Shown here in pieces: positions 1 through 11,204 of a stretch of 64,000 nt of DNA. The notes below the pieces were generated by a model that worked only from the letters and a program-made list of their open reading frames with translations, did no database searches and was not told where the DNA came from. How positions within the stretch are numbered: the first letter of the stretch is position 1; each line of letters starts with the position of its first letter. Source of the DNA: Phallusia mammillata (lineage: Eukaryota); assembly GCA_965637545.1 (NCBI GenBank), contig OZ281499.1, positions 10,044,001 through 10,108,000 on the forward strand. Direction: 5' to 3'. The position numbers and the translations under genes are program-made.

Positions 1-196
1 ATATATTATTGGTTTGTTTTATTCCATCTGAACCTAATAAGCGACTATACCGACCAAGAAAACTAATTCGGCGAAATGTAACTGCAACAAACTTGCTTTA
101 TTACTCTTTTATTTGCTGTACCTGCGGTTGCATACCAAAACACACTATGCATAACATAAACAACGATTTCGTTTTCTTCAACAAACTAGGGAGCTT

Positions 197-1840
197 TTAT
201 CCTCTGAGGTGATCTAAAACAAGATTCAAACCATTAAATTGAAAAATGCTGATTAAAATTATTACAGTGCGCAAGCATGTACAAACGTACAAAAATTGCT
301 GAGCTTAATTGTAAAAAAATTGTAGATTATATTTTAGATTTGTCAAGTGTACTTACCACGAAGGATATTTTCCATTGCTTCTTCAAGCTTCCAAGTTTCA
401 AACATGTTCTTCATATTATCCCATGGAATTTTTACACTGCAAACACATATTAGCATTCAACTTTTTAAAACCAGCAAAAATCACCGAAATTAAGTCAAAG
501 TTGGTCCACTCAAACATCGAGAAACCCAGTGTTAGGATAACTGTGTGAATGTTGTGAAAAAAGGAAAAAAAAAAAATTTCGTTTCATTAGAATAAAAGGA
601 TGTAAAGAATATTTGTCTCTGTATGATTTGGAAATCATGTTTTTTTGAATAATGTTTTATAATTATAAATATCAAAGATGTTGAAGAAAACCCGATAAGT
701 TTGGCCACAACAGAGTTGTGATTCGGCTGATAAGTTATATTTGTTAATTATTTGCTGGAGCCAAGTCAAACTGCAACTGATAACAGCATAAAAAATAACA
801 AAGAATTATTAAACAGGAATTCCGACTAATTTCTGGGATTATTTCAGTAACATCTGCTTTGAAAATCCTGATACGGAAACTGTTGAGACCAAACGTGGTG
901 GAAGTGGTTAGTATTGCAAAAAAAATGGCTGCTGAATATGATTTAATGTTTGGTATAAGTATAAAAATATAAAAAACCAAATATAGAAAAAATGATTTGC
1001 TTTTCAAACATTTTGTTAACCCTCTACTGGATCAGAAAATGCTAGAAGACTTGTTTACATTATTTACCGACGTCCTCCATCAAAAAAACAAAAATGCAAA
1101 GACAATAGAATTTGTATATTGACTATTTACTAACGTCTAAAACACAAGGACGCGACCTTATTTTAACACTTTCGTGTCGTATATTTGCAAATATATCTGC
1201 AAATTACGATTTGCCGAGGAGATCATGCTTCTTCAAGCACAACTGTGCAAATGTATTAAATGTGCATGCCAGGACCACAAAAAAATAACTCATTATAAAA
1301 CAAGTTAGACTAGTAAGTCGGGCCGGGCTTTTGGAGATTTAAGTTCGAGCCGGGTTCGGGCTTAGGTTTTGTTACACAAACTGGCTTTATTCGGATCTGA
1401 ATTTAAATTCTGTGTATTTTTTTCAGATAAAATTAGCCCACTAAGTATATAGTTGCTGGACTTCACCGAATGCCCAACAGCCCTAAAACGCCATGTTTAT
1501 TTAAGTATTCTGTCCAATGGTACGTTTTGTAGGCTGTTAAGCAGAGGCCTGTCAAACAAACTTTCGTGACTAAACGACTTCTGAACAACGATTCAGGTTG
1601 AAGCCGAGCTTCGGGCTTGTACTTTCGGATTGGGCTCAAATTTCGGGTCGGCTTACAACTTTGATTTAGACGCAACGATTTGCTACTTGCAAGTATCGTA
1701 AAAGTTTTTTTGCTTAAACGTTTGATTTAAACTACTTACCCCCCGTTGTTGCTGGTCTGGTGGAGGGGTTTTCGTCCATGGACTGGTGACAAGTTCATTA
1801 ACAGCAACGAAATCAGCACAAACGCAATACACCTGGTCAT
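197..1840 (-). CDS. Small secreted peptide precursor, copy A (65 aa; signal peptide plus helical peptide ending in Gly-stop, putative amidated peptide hormone/neuropeptide)
   Basis: Exons 1840-1740, 436-357, 213-197, all GT-AG with matching phases (2, then 1). Translation MTRCIAFVLISLLLMNLSPVHG-RKPLHQTSNNGGVKIPWDNMKNMFETWKLEEAMENILRDHLRG*. Same exon sizes, splice sites and phases recur in copy B. Confidence 0.78.
1310..1663. mobile_element. hAT-like MITE (CAGAGTTGTAAG / GGCCCGA-rich family), degenerate, in intron 1 of peptide gene A
   Basis: GTAAGTCGGGCCGGG at about 1314 and GTCGGCTTACAACTTTG at about 1647-1663; flanks AGTTAGAC/ATTTAGAC resemble a decayed 8-bp TSD; same family as 11939-12210 and 48716-49106. 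Confidence 0.65.
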
Positions 1841-2139
1841 TTTTGGCTTCTAAAATAACAAAGAGCCTGTTTTAGAAACATAAAGCTGCTACTACAAGCC
1901 ATGACTAAACTTTAATTTGCACATTAAACCAACTTCCACTTATCAATCTGGTAAAATAATTGAGCTAACTAGTTTCTTCAAAATACACCACGATTTTAAA
2001 ATAGACAGCAACTATAAAAAGCAATTTAAAACGTTTAATTCCTTGAACTTCGACGTCGCAGCTGAAAGTCAATACGGCTCATTTTAAGGAAGTGACAAAA
2101 AAAGGCAATCAAAACTTCCTTCCACATTCTAATAAGCTC

Positions 2140-2520
2140 AAATCCCACCGCAAGCTAGATTTTTTAGCCTACGCCTTCCCATTTGGAAATGCTTGGTTAT
2201 ACCGGCTGATTCGATATATTACGCCTTTACAGGGCCCATGATTTATATACGAGTATGCTGTTATCGCCGGTCTGCATAAACGCGTCAGGGCCAAAATTTT
2301 GTTAATCTTAATGGTCATATCTGGCGATCCCCTACTGACATGTGCAGCATACGAGGCAGGCAAACGGCTTGTTATTCGACGCGTTGCTCAGTTGGTAAAG
2401 CACTACTGGCAAAACTTATGTCGTCGGTTTAAAACCCGCCGCAGGCTATCTTGCCATGTGGAAAAGTCTGGTCACCGGCCGATTTGGTATGATATGCCTT
2501 CAGTGAGCCTGGTGTACTAT
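2140..2520 (+). mobile_element. Tandem fragments of a tRNA-derived SINE-like repeat
   Basis: A-box-like TGCTCAGTTGG at 2385-2395, B-box-like GGTTTAAAACC at 2426-2436, followed by the family body (GCAGGCTA...GCCTGGTGTACTAT); a second body fragment at 2140-2310. Confidence 0.75.
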
Positions 2521-2749
2521 AGTTTCTCGGTAGAGCATGTTTTTCGACTAATGTTTCATCGACACTGCAAGGCCAAAGAAGTTTAGAAAATACTTTGTGT
2601 TTGACTATAACAGATTCATCAAATACTTATAAAATTAGCAAACACTAAACTTCGTTGATTGTTTGTTGTATCCAAAATTAGGTCTCGTAAAGAGCAACCT
2701 TTGGCAGTAAAAATCTGTTTATTACAACTCTACAAGTAATAAGTTAAAT

Positions 2750-3700
2750 CCAGATGTGGGATTCAAATTATTGTCAAATTATTGTCAGTTGTATACACAG
2801 TCTAAACATATGCTCCAACAACATATTCTGCTTATGGCTTAATCTACTGTAGTATTAGTACTTTTGCAACACCTACTTGGTTTATCTGCAATAATGCGTG
2901 TCAGTACCCTAGCTAAATACGTGGTATCAAAAGCAGCACAGTTCTGTTGAAACTTGTAGTGACTTCGAGTGAGTTAGCTATTGCACCATACAGGTATTTG
3001 CGTCACCGCCACGAGAAGGAGGAACTGATTGTAAATCATGTGCGCGGTACCAATAGAGCTTTGTTTGAATTGCACCACAGATTTTCCTCAAACAATATAT
3101 ACATATATATATTGTTAATATAATTGCAGGTCTTTTCCAGACCATTTGGGCGGTAAATCTTGGTCATTTTTATTTCATTTAGTGTTTGACGATATTTTTT
3201 GTGTAAATGAAATAATAGTTTTTTTTGTACTTGGCAGTTATAGCTTATTTTCGCCATAGATGCTTCCCTACTGTTCTCGTCTGACCTATCGTGTTTTAGC
3301 ACTTCTTTTATTTCCGCATTACATTCATTTTTTAACGCCATTAGATTTACCGCCCAAATAGCCTAAAATCGCCCGGCGGGTTGAGCCATAGCTGAAAAAT
3401 CGTGTTTCATGACTTACGGGCCGCATCTGTCGCCAATTGCTGTGTACAGATAGATTACTAGATTCATAAGTAGCTCGGACAGTTGGAATTACTTAAACAC
3501 AAGGAATGGATACTTCGTTCCCTTTATTTCCATCTAGTGGTCGAACAAACTAGCGCTATCAAGCCCTTTTGCGATGTGGAGTTGTCATTACCCAGGAAAG
3601 TTACATTTTAGTAAATCTCGACCTGATTTTTTTAGATCATTATTTTAAGGTGTCTCTACAAAATGAAATGGAAGAAATGAAACAATAATTTGGGAAAAGC
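2750..3700. repeat. Diverged duplicate of about 7500-8520
   Basis: Shared blocks such as TTTTTAACGCCATTAGATTTACC (about 3327 and 8090), GCGCTATCAAGCCC and GGAAAGTTACATTTT (about 3555-3610 and 8338-8395), GGTGTCTCTACAAAATG (about 3649 and 8485). Confidence 0.85.
2839..3039 (-). CDS. Possible 2-exon gene for a 50-aa secreted peptide (weak)
   Basis: Exons 3039-2992 and 2943-2839 with a 48-nt GT-AG intron give MIYNQFLLLVAVTQIPNCAA-FDTTYLARVLTRIIADKPSRCCKSTNTTVD*. The paralogous block at about 7.6-7.75 kb keeps the ATG and donor context (MINEYVLVFM|GTATGG) but not the downstream ORF. Confidence 0.22.
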
Positions 3701-4512
3701 CTACATAGAAACCACTGTTATGCACCAGACAATGACTTGATCACTGCAAAATGATGCTTAAGTGCATCAGTTTCTCGCCCCCAAACAGCTATGCGCCTGA
3801 ATAACTACCTTACTTACTATGATGCTTGTATGCAATACTAAAGCAGTTTTTGTGTGTTGATTTTAGGTAGTTGCAGTTTTGGAATGTGATCTTTCATTTA
3901 GTATCATTGATGATTGAACGGATGATATGGTTTTTAGTGCATTTAGATTAAAAGTTACAGGCCCATATATGTCCTGCGGTTCATTATGATGTTAGCTTTA
4001 AGTTTAAGTAAAATAGAGTATGACCGGTTTCTTCAACTTAAAATATGGACATTATTAACCCTTTAGGTATAAGGCCAAATTTTTCTAGAAATCCTAGAAA
4101 TAGACATCCTAGAAATAAGAAACTTCCAAACTTATTTAGGTATAATCTCCAATGGATGTTTAGTATCAAACCTCTGTACAACTACGAAGCCAAATTTGAC
4201 CTGAAACTCTTTAAGGGTTTTTCAGTTATGCCCAACAGTTTTTTAAGGGGTCTTGTTCGCTGCAGGTACCTTATACATAAACCATAAGCCTGACGAGTGA
4301 GAAGTTGAAACTTTGCTTGCGTACACAGTTTCTCACAGTAAAGGCGTATTTCATAAGAACAACGAAACAAACTAACCTTCTTTATTGACTTACTGAAACA
4401 AAAAACAAATTTTAAATGGTATTGTAAAGTATCTTGATGAATAATTAATCTGTTTGAAGGGTAAAGTGTGATGATATCAAATCTATACATAAACAAAATA
4501 ACTCTAAAACAT

Positions 4513-5898
4513 TTAGAATGTATTGTAATCGTGGAAAAGTTCGATTGCAGTTAACAAAGAATCAAGATCGTCGAACGAGTACATGTTACGGATAGCTTCA
4601 AGTTGGCCAAGGACAATCTTCGTCGACATTTGCGCTTTAGGACACATATCTCCGTAAAACTGCAAGAAGTCATCCCAACCTCTACGCATGTATTCTCGGT
4701 AAAGGTGTTTAACCTTTAATAACAAATAAGTTCTTTTTAGGGAGTGACAAATATAATCGTTCTTAACATAAACAACTACTTACCGAGAAATAGTTGTGGC
4801 AGGCTAATTGCAATTCGGAGTATTCAGCAATTCCACGAAGTGACCTTACATCGTTTTCGAGAATCTAAGAACAATGCGCTCCATCGGTACTCGTTCATTT
4901 TCAAGTAATCGCTTGATATTTTGCAGGTTTGGACACATTATAGAATAAAACTGATCAAAAATTATGTAGTAGCTTCTTTGTATTATGTATGTTTGTATCT
5001 ACATTGCAATACATTTTAAAACCAAGAAGGTGAAATGGTTAGCCTAAGAATATTGCAAGCCATGACTCTTATTCTGTTTATTTCTGTATTTGAGATTAAA
5101 GGAAAAATAATCATCATGAAACTATACCATTAGTTCTGCCTTAACATTTAGACTTACTAAGACGTTAATGATACTGTAGACATCATCACGATTAATTTTC
5201 AGTCGATACCACGATTGAGGGCGACCCGTTGGTTTCTGAAAAATAGACACAAATATATCTGTGAATTGTGACTCTATTTACAAAGAAATATGACTCAACT
5301 GTTTTGTTTAAAAATACTTAAATTACCAACAATGACGTGTTTACGTTAACATAAAAAAGTTCAAATCTTTGTTAAAAGTAAAACATTGCGCACTTTTCAA
5401 ATTAGTCGGGCTCTGCACAAAATGACAACTTTAGTAATTGATCAAAAGCATCAACAGCATGGCTTAAACATACGATCACTGTTTGCCTTTTTAACTACAA
5501 TACAGTAAAACCAATGGACGATAAAATCCTTCAGAATCAGTCGGTTCAAATAAAGGAATATATATTTCGCCTATGTGGCATCATCAGTTTCTGGAAATCG
5601 AAGGATTTTATCGTCCATTGATTTCATCTTCCATTGGTTTTACTGTGTGTTGGGGTTCTGAACGTATGTATTCTGTGTTTACCTGATAACCATTGCTTTT
5701 CACCTGAGTGGATCCAAATGTCGTCAAGCTGTAGGTCGGCATCTCTGAAGTCTGAAAATATCACAAAACCTAGAGGTGTTTTTAGCATTAAATTTGCAAA
5801 TTTTTAAATTAAATCTTGTGTAGATACCTTTTGCGATATTCTGGCCAAGATCAAAGTGGTTGTATAAACAGCGAAACAAGTTTGTTTATTGGGAGAAA
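4513..5898 (-). pseudogene. Multi-exon gene of unknown family, apparently damaged (or alternatively spliced around the lesions)
   Basis: Terminal exon 4713-4513 VKHLYREYMRRGWDDFLQFYGDMCPKAQ...HDYNTF*; penultimate exon 4950-4784 is 167 nt and needs +1 nt to join FYSIMCPNLQNIKRLLENERVPMERIVL to ILENDVRSLRGIAEYSELQLACHNYFS; candidate upstream GT-AG exons 5235-5210, 5751-5683 and 5898-5828 (last has an in-frame TAA in the compatible phase). Confidence 0.5.
5502..5646. repeat. Inverted repeat / hairpin element
   Basis: CAATGGACGATAAAATCCTTC (about 5512-5532) is the exact reverse complement of GAAGGATTTTATCGTCCATTG (5601-5621); ACAGTAAAACCAATGG also pairs with CCATTGGTTTTACTGT at about 5631-5646. 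Confidence 0.8.
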
Positions 5899-7499
5899 CT
5901 GGATATAAGAAAAAAATGATAAGAATATTAATAGGTTGCAGCAATCTATGACCACGACATTAACGAACTGCAAAATATAATGAAATTTAATGTCTTTAAT
6001 GAGACAAAATAACTACGCAACATTCAAAAAAACTTTTATTTCGTTCAGTTGGACAACTCCTTGAACAGATTTTTGTAAGCAGCTATCTGTTTTTATTAAC
6101 TAACTCTTTAAACTTTCTGATGGAAAAGTAGTGAATCTGCGCGACAAAAACAAACTGAACTGAACTCTTGGTATTAACTCTGAAAACTGATTATAATTGG
6201 AAAATTTACAATCAAAGAGTTACAAAATTCATATGAACGTGACTGAGATTTAATTTATAAATTAACGTAAGTCATGACAGCATTGTTCATAATGACATTA
6301 AGAGAAAACAAGTCGTTTTGGGTGCCAACGAGGTAATGAGTTTGTTGTATTATTGGAAAGTGATACCACATAACAATTATTTATTCGCACAAGAATATAG
6401 ATATTTTGAACTTTATTTAACATGCATGAGTTACTGTCTGATTTTCAATGTCGGACAGTGGGCTTTTATCTTGATAACAAATCACATGAATGTATTTTTT
6501 ACAATACATTGTTTATAGCAAAGACTGCAAAAAGAAAACATACCTTCAAACAATGTCTCATTTTATCCCGTTTCAAGTGACTTAAGCAATTTTACATCAA
6601 CATGACGTTACAATTAAATATCGATTTAGTCACTTGCACCATCAGACCAATATCGAGGATAAGCAAACGTCGAATAAAGGCTGCCCGACTGGGTAAAGTA
6701 AATATTACGTGATGTATGGTATGGTGACTCCCAACAACGACAATATTTACAAGAAAGTCGAACCTCTATTTATTGAAAAAAGTTGCGACAAGGTAAAGAT
6801 CAAAATATATACATGCTATGAGAGAACTGTTTGTCTTTGCTGACTTTTTTGTCCCAATCGAGAGTACGAACAAATTTATTGTTAGATCGTTATCAATCTC
6901 AGTTCATCCAAAAAAGTTTTAACTGATTTAGATTCTTTCTGCTACATTTCTAGGTCGCCGTTTTGTTTAACCGCAGATATCAATCGTGGAATAATCGCTT
7001 ATGTCAGAAAATCTGTTGGTGTTGTTATATTTTTGCTGTGTGGCGAAATTTTTAAACCAACTACAAATTATTGCATTCAGTTAATAAAATTCGACTGATG
7101 AGATTTGTCAACACCCTATTCAAAACCACTTTGCTGTGCAAAGGGGAAGCGCACCAGTGACGTAAATCCACAACAAATATGACCTGGACTTAATTGGTTT
7201 GTGTAAGTATTTTTAGGTAAATGACGTCACAACAAATGCTTAAAGCATTATAGTGTCACAATGCACAAAACGCCTTAGCTTGGAATGACCAATAAAACCG
7301 GATTACCATTTTTTGCATTTGTAGAAGTATGTGGCGAGTGGCAAACCGTTTTCAAAATTACCCATGTGCATTACATTCAAATATATTCTCTGGCCGTTTA
7401 ACAGGGTTGAAAAGCACAATATCGTAAGTCAGACCGATATATTAGAATTTTTATTGAAGTCTAACCCAACGCACATTCTCTAGAAGCATTTTAATATGA

Positions 7500-8520
7500 A
7501 ACAATTCTGTTAACTAAACAGTGTCAATTATAATTTACATGATCTAAAACATGTGCGCCAACCGAACATTTATTCTGCCTAAGGCTTTGTCTAGTATCTA
7601 GCATAGTATATTACTTTTGTAATGTCTCTGCTCAATTCTCCAGCCATGGTGTGCTGCCCTTACCATATGTAAACTTGTATTAAAAAAGTATAGGATATGT
7701 CGGTTTTCTATTGCGCCATACCATGAAAACCAGAACGTATTCGTTAATCATTTATTTACGCGCAAGTATCGGCATCGTTGAGGTTCTTTGTTTGAATTGC
7801 ACCACCGCTTTAAAACAAAATATGTTATGGCAGGTCTTGGCCAGAAATGGAAGATACCAAGTTGCCCAGATAAGTCCTTTTGTAATTTTATTAGTATTAT
7901 TTCCAATACTATTTGAACTGGTGCGTGATAATAGTTCAATGAAAGTTGACAATATTTTTTGCGGTAATGAAATTTTTTCTCTACTTGAGAGCCTGTAGCT
8001 CTTTTACATCATCTGTACAGATAGTTGATGACAAAAATCTGAATGTGCGTATTACTGAATCTTTTCGTCGATTTTAGCACTACATCTGATTTTTAACGCC
8101 ATTAGATTTACCTCCCCAAATATTCTAAAAGTCGTCCGGCGGGTGGCGCCACAGCTGAAATATATTTAAAAATAGCGATTTAATGACTTACATTACAAAT
8201 CTGCCACAGGATTGCTGTGCACGAATAAATTGTTAGTCTCAAAAGCAGTTTGGACGATTGGAATTACTTGAAATAGGAATGGATACTATTATACCCCAAA
8301 AACTGTTTATTTCCATCTAGGCCTCGCATAACCTCAAGCGCTATCAAGCCCCTTTCCGACGTGGAGTTGCCATCAACCTTGGAAAGTTACATTTTGGTAA
8401 ATCCCGTTCTAATATTTTGATCATAAAATCTTGTTTATTTTCGGTGTTGCGCACAGTAAATTATATGTTTAGGATTCATTTTTAGGTGTCTCTACAAAAT
8501 GGATTGAAAAAAACACACAA
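7500..8520. repeat. Diverged duplicate of about 2750-3700
   Basis: Same shared blocks as listed for 2750-3700, including conserved minus-strand GT/AG motifs. Confidence 0.85.
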
Positions 8521-8688
8521 ATAAATTTGTTTAAAGGCTAAAGTCTCTTTTGTGTTGCTTCAGCTTTTTGTTTTTATTTTTTTCCAATCAATTTTTTTAA
8601 AAACCTCTGTCATATGCTTTTTAAACGACTGTAAACACAAATGCCGACGGATAACTGCTTGACAAAAAAAGATGTCGAGTAACTAAGG

Positions 8689-8961
8689 CAGGGGTGGGCA
8701 ACCTGCGGCCCTTCATTAAAGCTTGTACTGGCAAACGAGTCTAATTGTTACATATTTTTGACCTGATTAATGCGCCTGATGTTAGTTTTCTGCGATCTGG
8801 CAAAATGTGGCTAGAATCAAATACGAATTATAATTACTTGTAGTTAGGCATATTTGGTAAGAAACAGAGCAAAATCACTTTGTGTGATGAACATGTGCGG
8901 CCCTCGATCCAATTTTGACATTTATAATTGGCCCTACAGTGACAAAGACTGCCCACCCCTG
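8689..8961. mobile_element. hAT-type MITE (CAGGGGTGGGCAA TIR family)
   Basis: CAGGGGTGGGCA...TGCCCACCCCTG termini; internal sequence is shared in reverse orientation with 37506-37823. Confidence 0.85.
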
Positions 8962-9931
8962 GGGTAAACTATAGATTGATGATGAACCTGCAATGTTTCC
9001 CTTTCTACTGTAAAAGTTTGCAAGGGATTCCTAAGCATTCCAGAAATTTTCTCAGTAAAATCTGCTTTGAAAATGCTAATACGGAAACGGATAGAAACAA
9101 ATGCCGTGGAAGAAGTAATTATTGCAGAATAATATAATGGCAGCTAAATATGATTTAGTAGAAGTATCGTGTTGTGTTAAGTATAAAAATTAAGACTTTC
9201 AAATAGCGGTACAACATGCTGCTTCTATTTTTTATAATCATTCTGTAGAAAACTGTTCCCAAATAAAGAAAAATACTTAACTGTTCCCAAAAAATACATT
9301 TCTATGTCACATGCAAAAAAGTCACTGAATGGTCCATACGTTTTTGTGCCCTTAAACAGATAAGCAAGGGTTAGTCTCCAAGCCTCTGCTGCTGGATAAG
9401 AAAATGTCAGACGTGTAACATCATTTATCAGGTTCGCCAATAAAAAATGTGTGTTGGTTGATTATTACAAATGTGACCAAAACCCGACTCGTAATTAGGT
9501 TGCCAATTACGCACTGTCCTTCGACCAGGGTACATTAGTATACCGTATCAAATGCGATAATAATTTGAGCAAATGTTGCAATAGTTGTTTACAAAATCAG
9601 CAGGTTTCGACCTGCTTGCTCAGGGCATACCTGTATTGCCAAACCATGCTTGAAATTTGTATTGTTCCTGTCGCAGTTAATTACCGTTATATTCTCGTCA
9701 TTCAAGAGCTCCGGAGGGTAATATAAATAAATTAAAATACATATAGTTGGTTTGTTTAATTCTAGCTAAATCTAGTTTCAAATTTTCAACAAATTCAACA
9801 CCCTTGCATCAAACTTGTTTTTTTAATTTTTTGTTTTATTTGATGTACCGATGATTTTGCTGTTGCATACCAAAACACACTATACATAACATAAACAACA
9901 ATTTCGTTTTCTCGAACAAACTAAAGAGCTT

Positions 9932-10941
9932 TTATCCTCTGAGGTGATCTAAAAAAAGATTCAAACTATTGAAATAAAAAATGCTGGTTAAAATTTATAC
10001 AGTGATAAGCACATACAAACGTACAAAAATTGCTAAGCCTAATTGTCGACGAAAGATCTAGATTGTATTTTAGATTTGTCAAGTGTACTTACCACGAAGG
10101 ATATTTTCCATTGCTTCTTCAAGCTTCCAAGTTTCAAACATGTTCTTCATATTATCCCATGGAATTTTTACACTGCAAAAACATATTAGCATTCAACCAT
10201 TTAAAACCAGCCAAAATCACTAAAATTACGTCAAAGTTAGTCCACTCAGACATCGAGAAACCCCCTCTTAGAATAACTGTGTGAATGTTGTGAAAAAAGT
10301 TTAAGTTTAAATAAAAACGCGTTTCGTTCCATAAGAATAAAACGATGTAAAGAATATTTGTATCTGTATGGTTTGGAAAGCATGTTTTTTGACTAATGTT
10401 TTATAATTATATGGAAGATCTTGATAATCGAATAACAAACCATTGCGGCCTGTCACTGCAAAGCAAAAAAAAAGTAAAAAAAATCCGATATGTTTGGCCA
10501 CAACAGAGTTTAGATTCGGCTAATAAGTTATATTTGTTAATTATTTGCTGGAGCCAAGTCAAACTGCAACTTATAACAGCTTACAACATAACGCATTATA
10601 AAAACGGAATTCCGACTAGTTTCTGGGATTATTTCAGTAACATCTACTTTGAAAATCCTAACACGGAAACTGTTGAGACCAAAACTTGGAGGAAGTGGCT
10701 TCTAAGCAACGATTCAGGTTGAGGCCGGGCTTCGGGCTTGTACTTTCGGGTTCGGGCTCAAATTTCAGTCCACAAACGCTTTGCTAATTGTAAGTATCGT
10801 TAAAGATTTTCTGCCTAAACGTATAATTCAAACTTCTTACCCCCCGTTGACGCTGGTTAACTTCGCGGGTGCTTCGCCATGGACTTTTGACAAGTTCATC
10901 AACAACATCGAAATCAGCAAAAACGGAATAAACCTGGTCAT
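9932..10941 (-). CDS. Small secreted peptide precursor, copy B (65 aa)
   Basis: Exons 10941-10841, 10172-10093, 9948-9932, GT-AG, phases 2 and 1. Translation MTRFIPFLLISMLLMNLSKVHG-EAPAKLTSVNGGVKIPWDNMKNMFETWKLEEAMENILRDHLRG*. Exons 2-3 are nucleotide-identical to copy A. Confidence 0.78.
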
Positions 10942-11204
10942 TTTTAAGAGCCTTCTTCAGAAATATATAAAGCTGCTACTACACGTAAGAGTCAAATTGT
11001 TAGTGAACTTTAATTTTACACATTAAACAACTCCCACTTGTCAATCTATTAAATTAGTTGAGCTAACTAGTTTCTTTACAATATAACCTACCACCATTTT
11101 AAAATAGGCAGCAACTTAAAAAAGCAATTCAAATCGTTAGCACATGCATACAATTAGTCTCCAATCTTTTTTTAGGAAGTGACAAAAAAGGCAATCAAAA
11201 CTTC

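Larger units (their letters stand above)
100..2350. repeat. Segmental duplicate of about 9860-11440 (peptide gene plus upstream flank including the tRNA-derived repeat)
   Basis: Colinear homology by eye, e.g. 130-560 vs 9860-10295, 690-905 vs 10490-10695, 1735-2160 vs 10835-11250. Confidence 0.9.

Noticed and set aside
744-1007. Hydrophobic minus-strand ORF, with FVEENEIVVYV at about 188-125, first suggesting a PIG-O-like membrane protein
   Set aside because: Lies in intron 1 and the 3'UTR of the peptide gene; no splice path links the pieces and the copy at 10.6 kb is truncated by a deletion.
1430-1535. Apparent + strand exon (TTTCAG|ATAAAATT...ATG|GTACGT)
   Set aside because: Stops in all three frames and it lies inside the MITE at 1310-1663.
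2375-2450. tRNA-like sequence with A and B boxes (also about 61860-61925)
   Set aside because: No complete cloverleaf or acceptor stem, and always followed by the same repeat body; treated as a repeat head, not a tRNA gene.
10030-10284. + strand ORF (RFVKCTYHEGYFPLLLQASKFQ...), also open at about 337-548, joinable to ORF 9..212
   Set aside because: Antisense shadow of peptide exon 2. The minus-strand model has a signal peptide, better splice sites and consistent phases in both copies; the + model has a weak donor and no start conserved in both copies.
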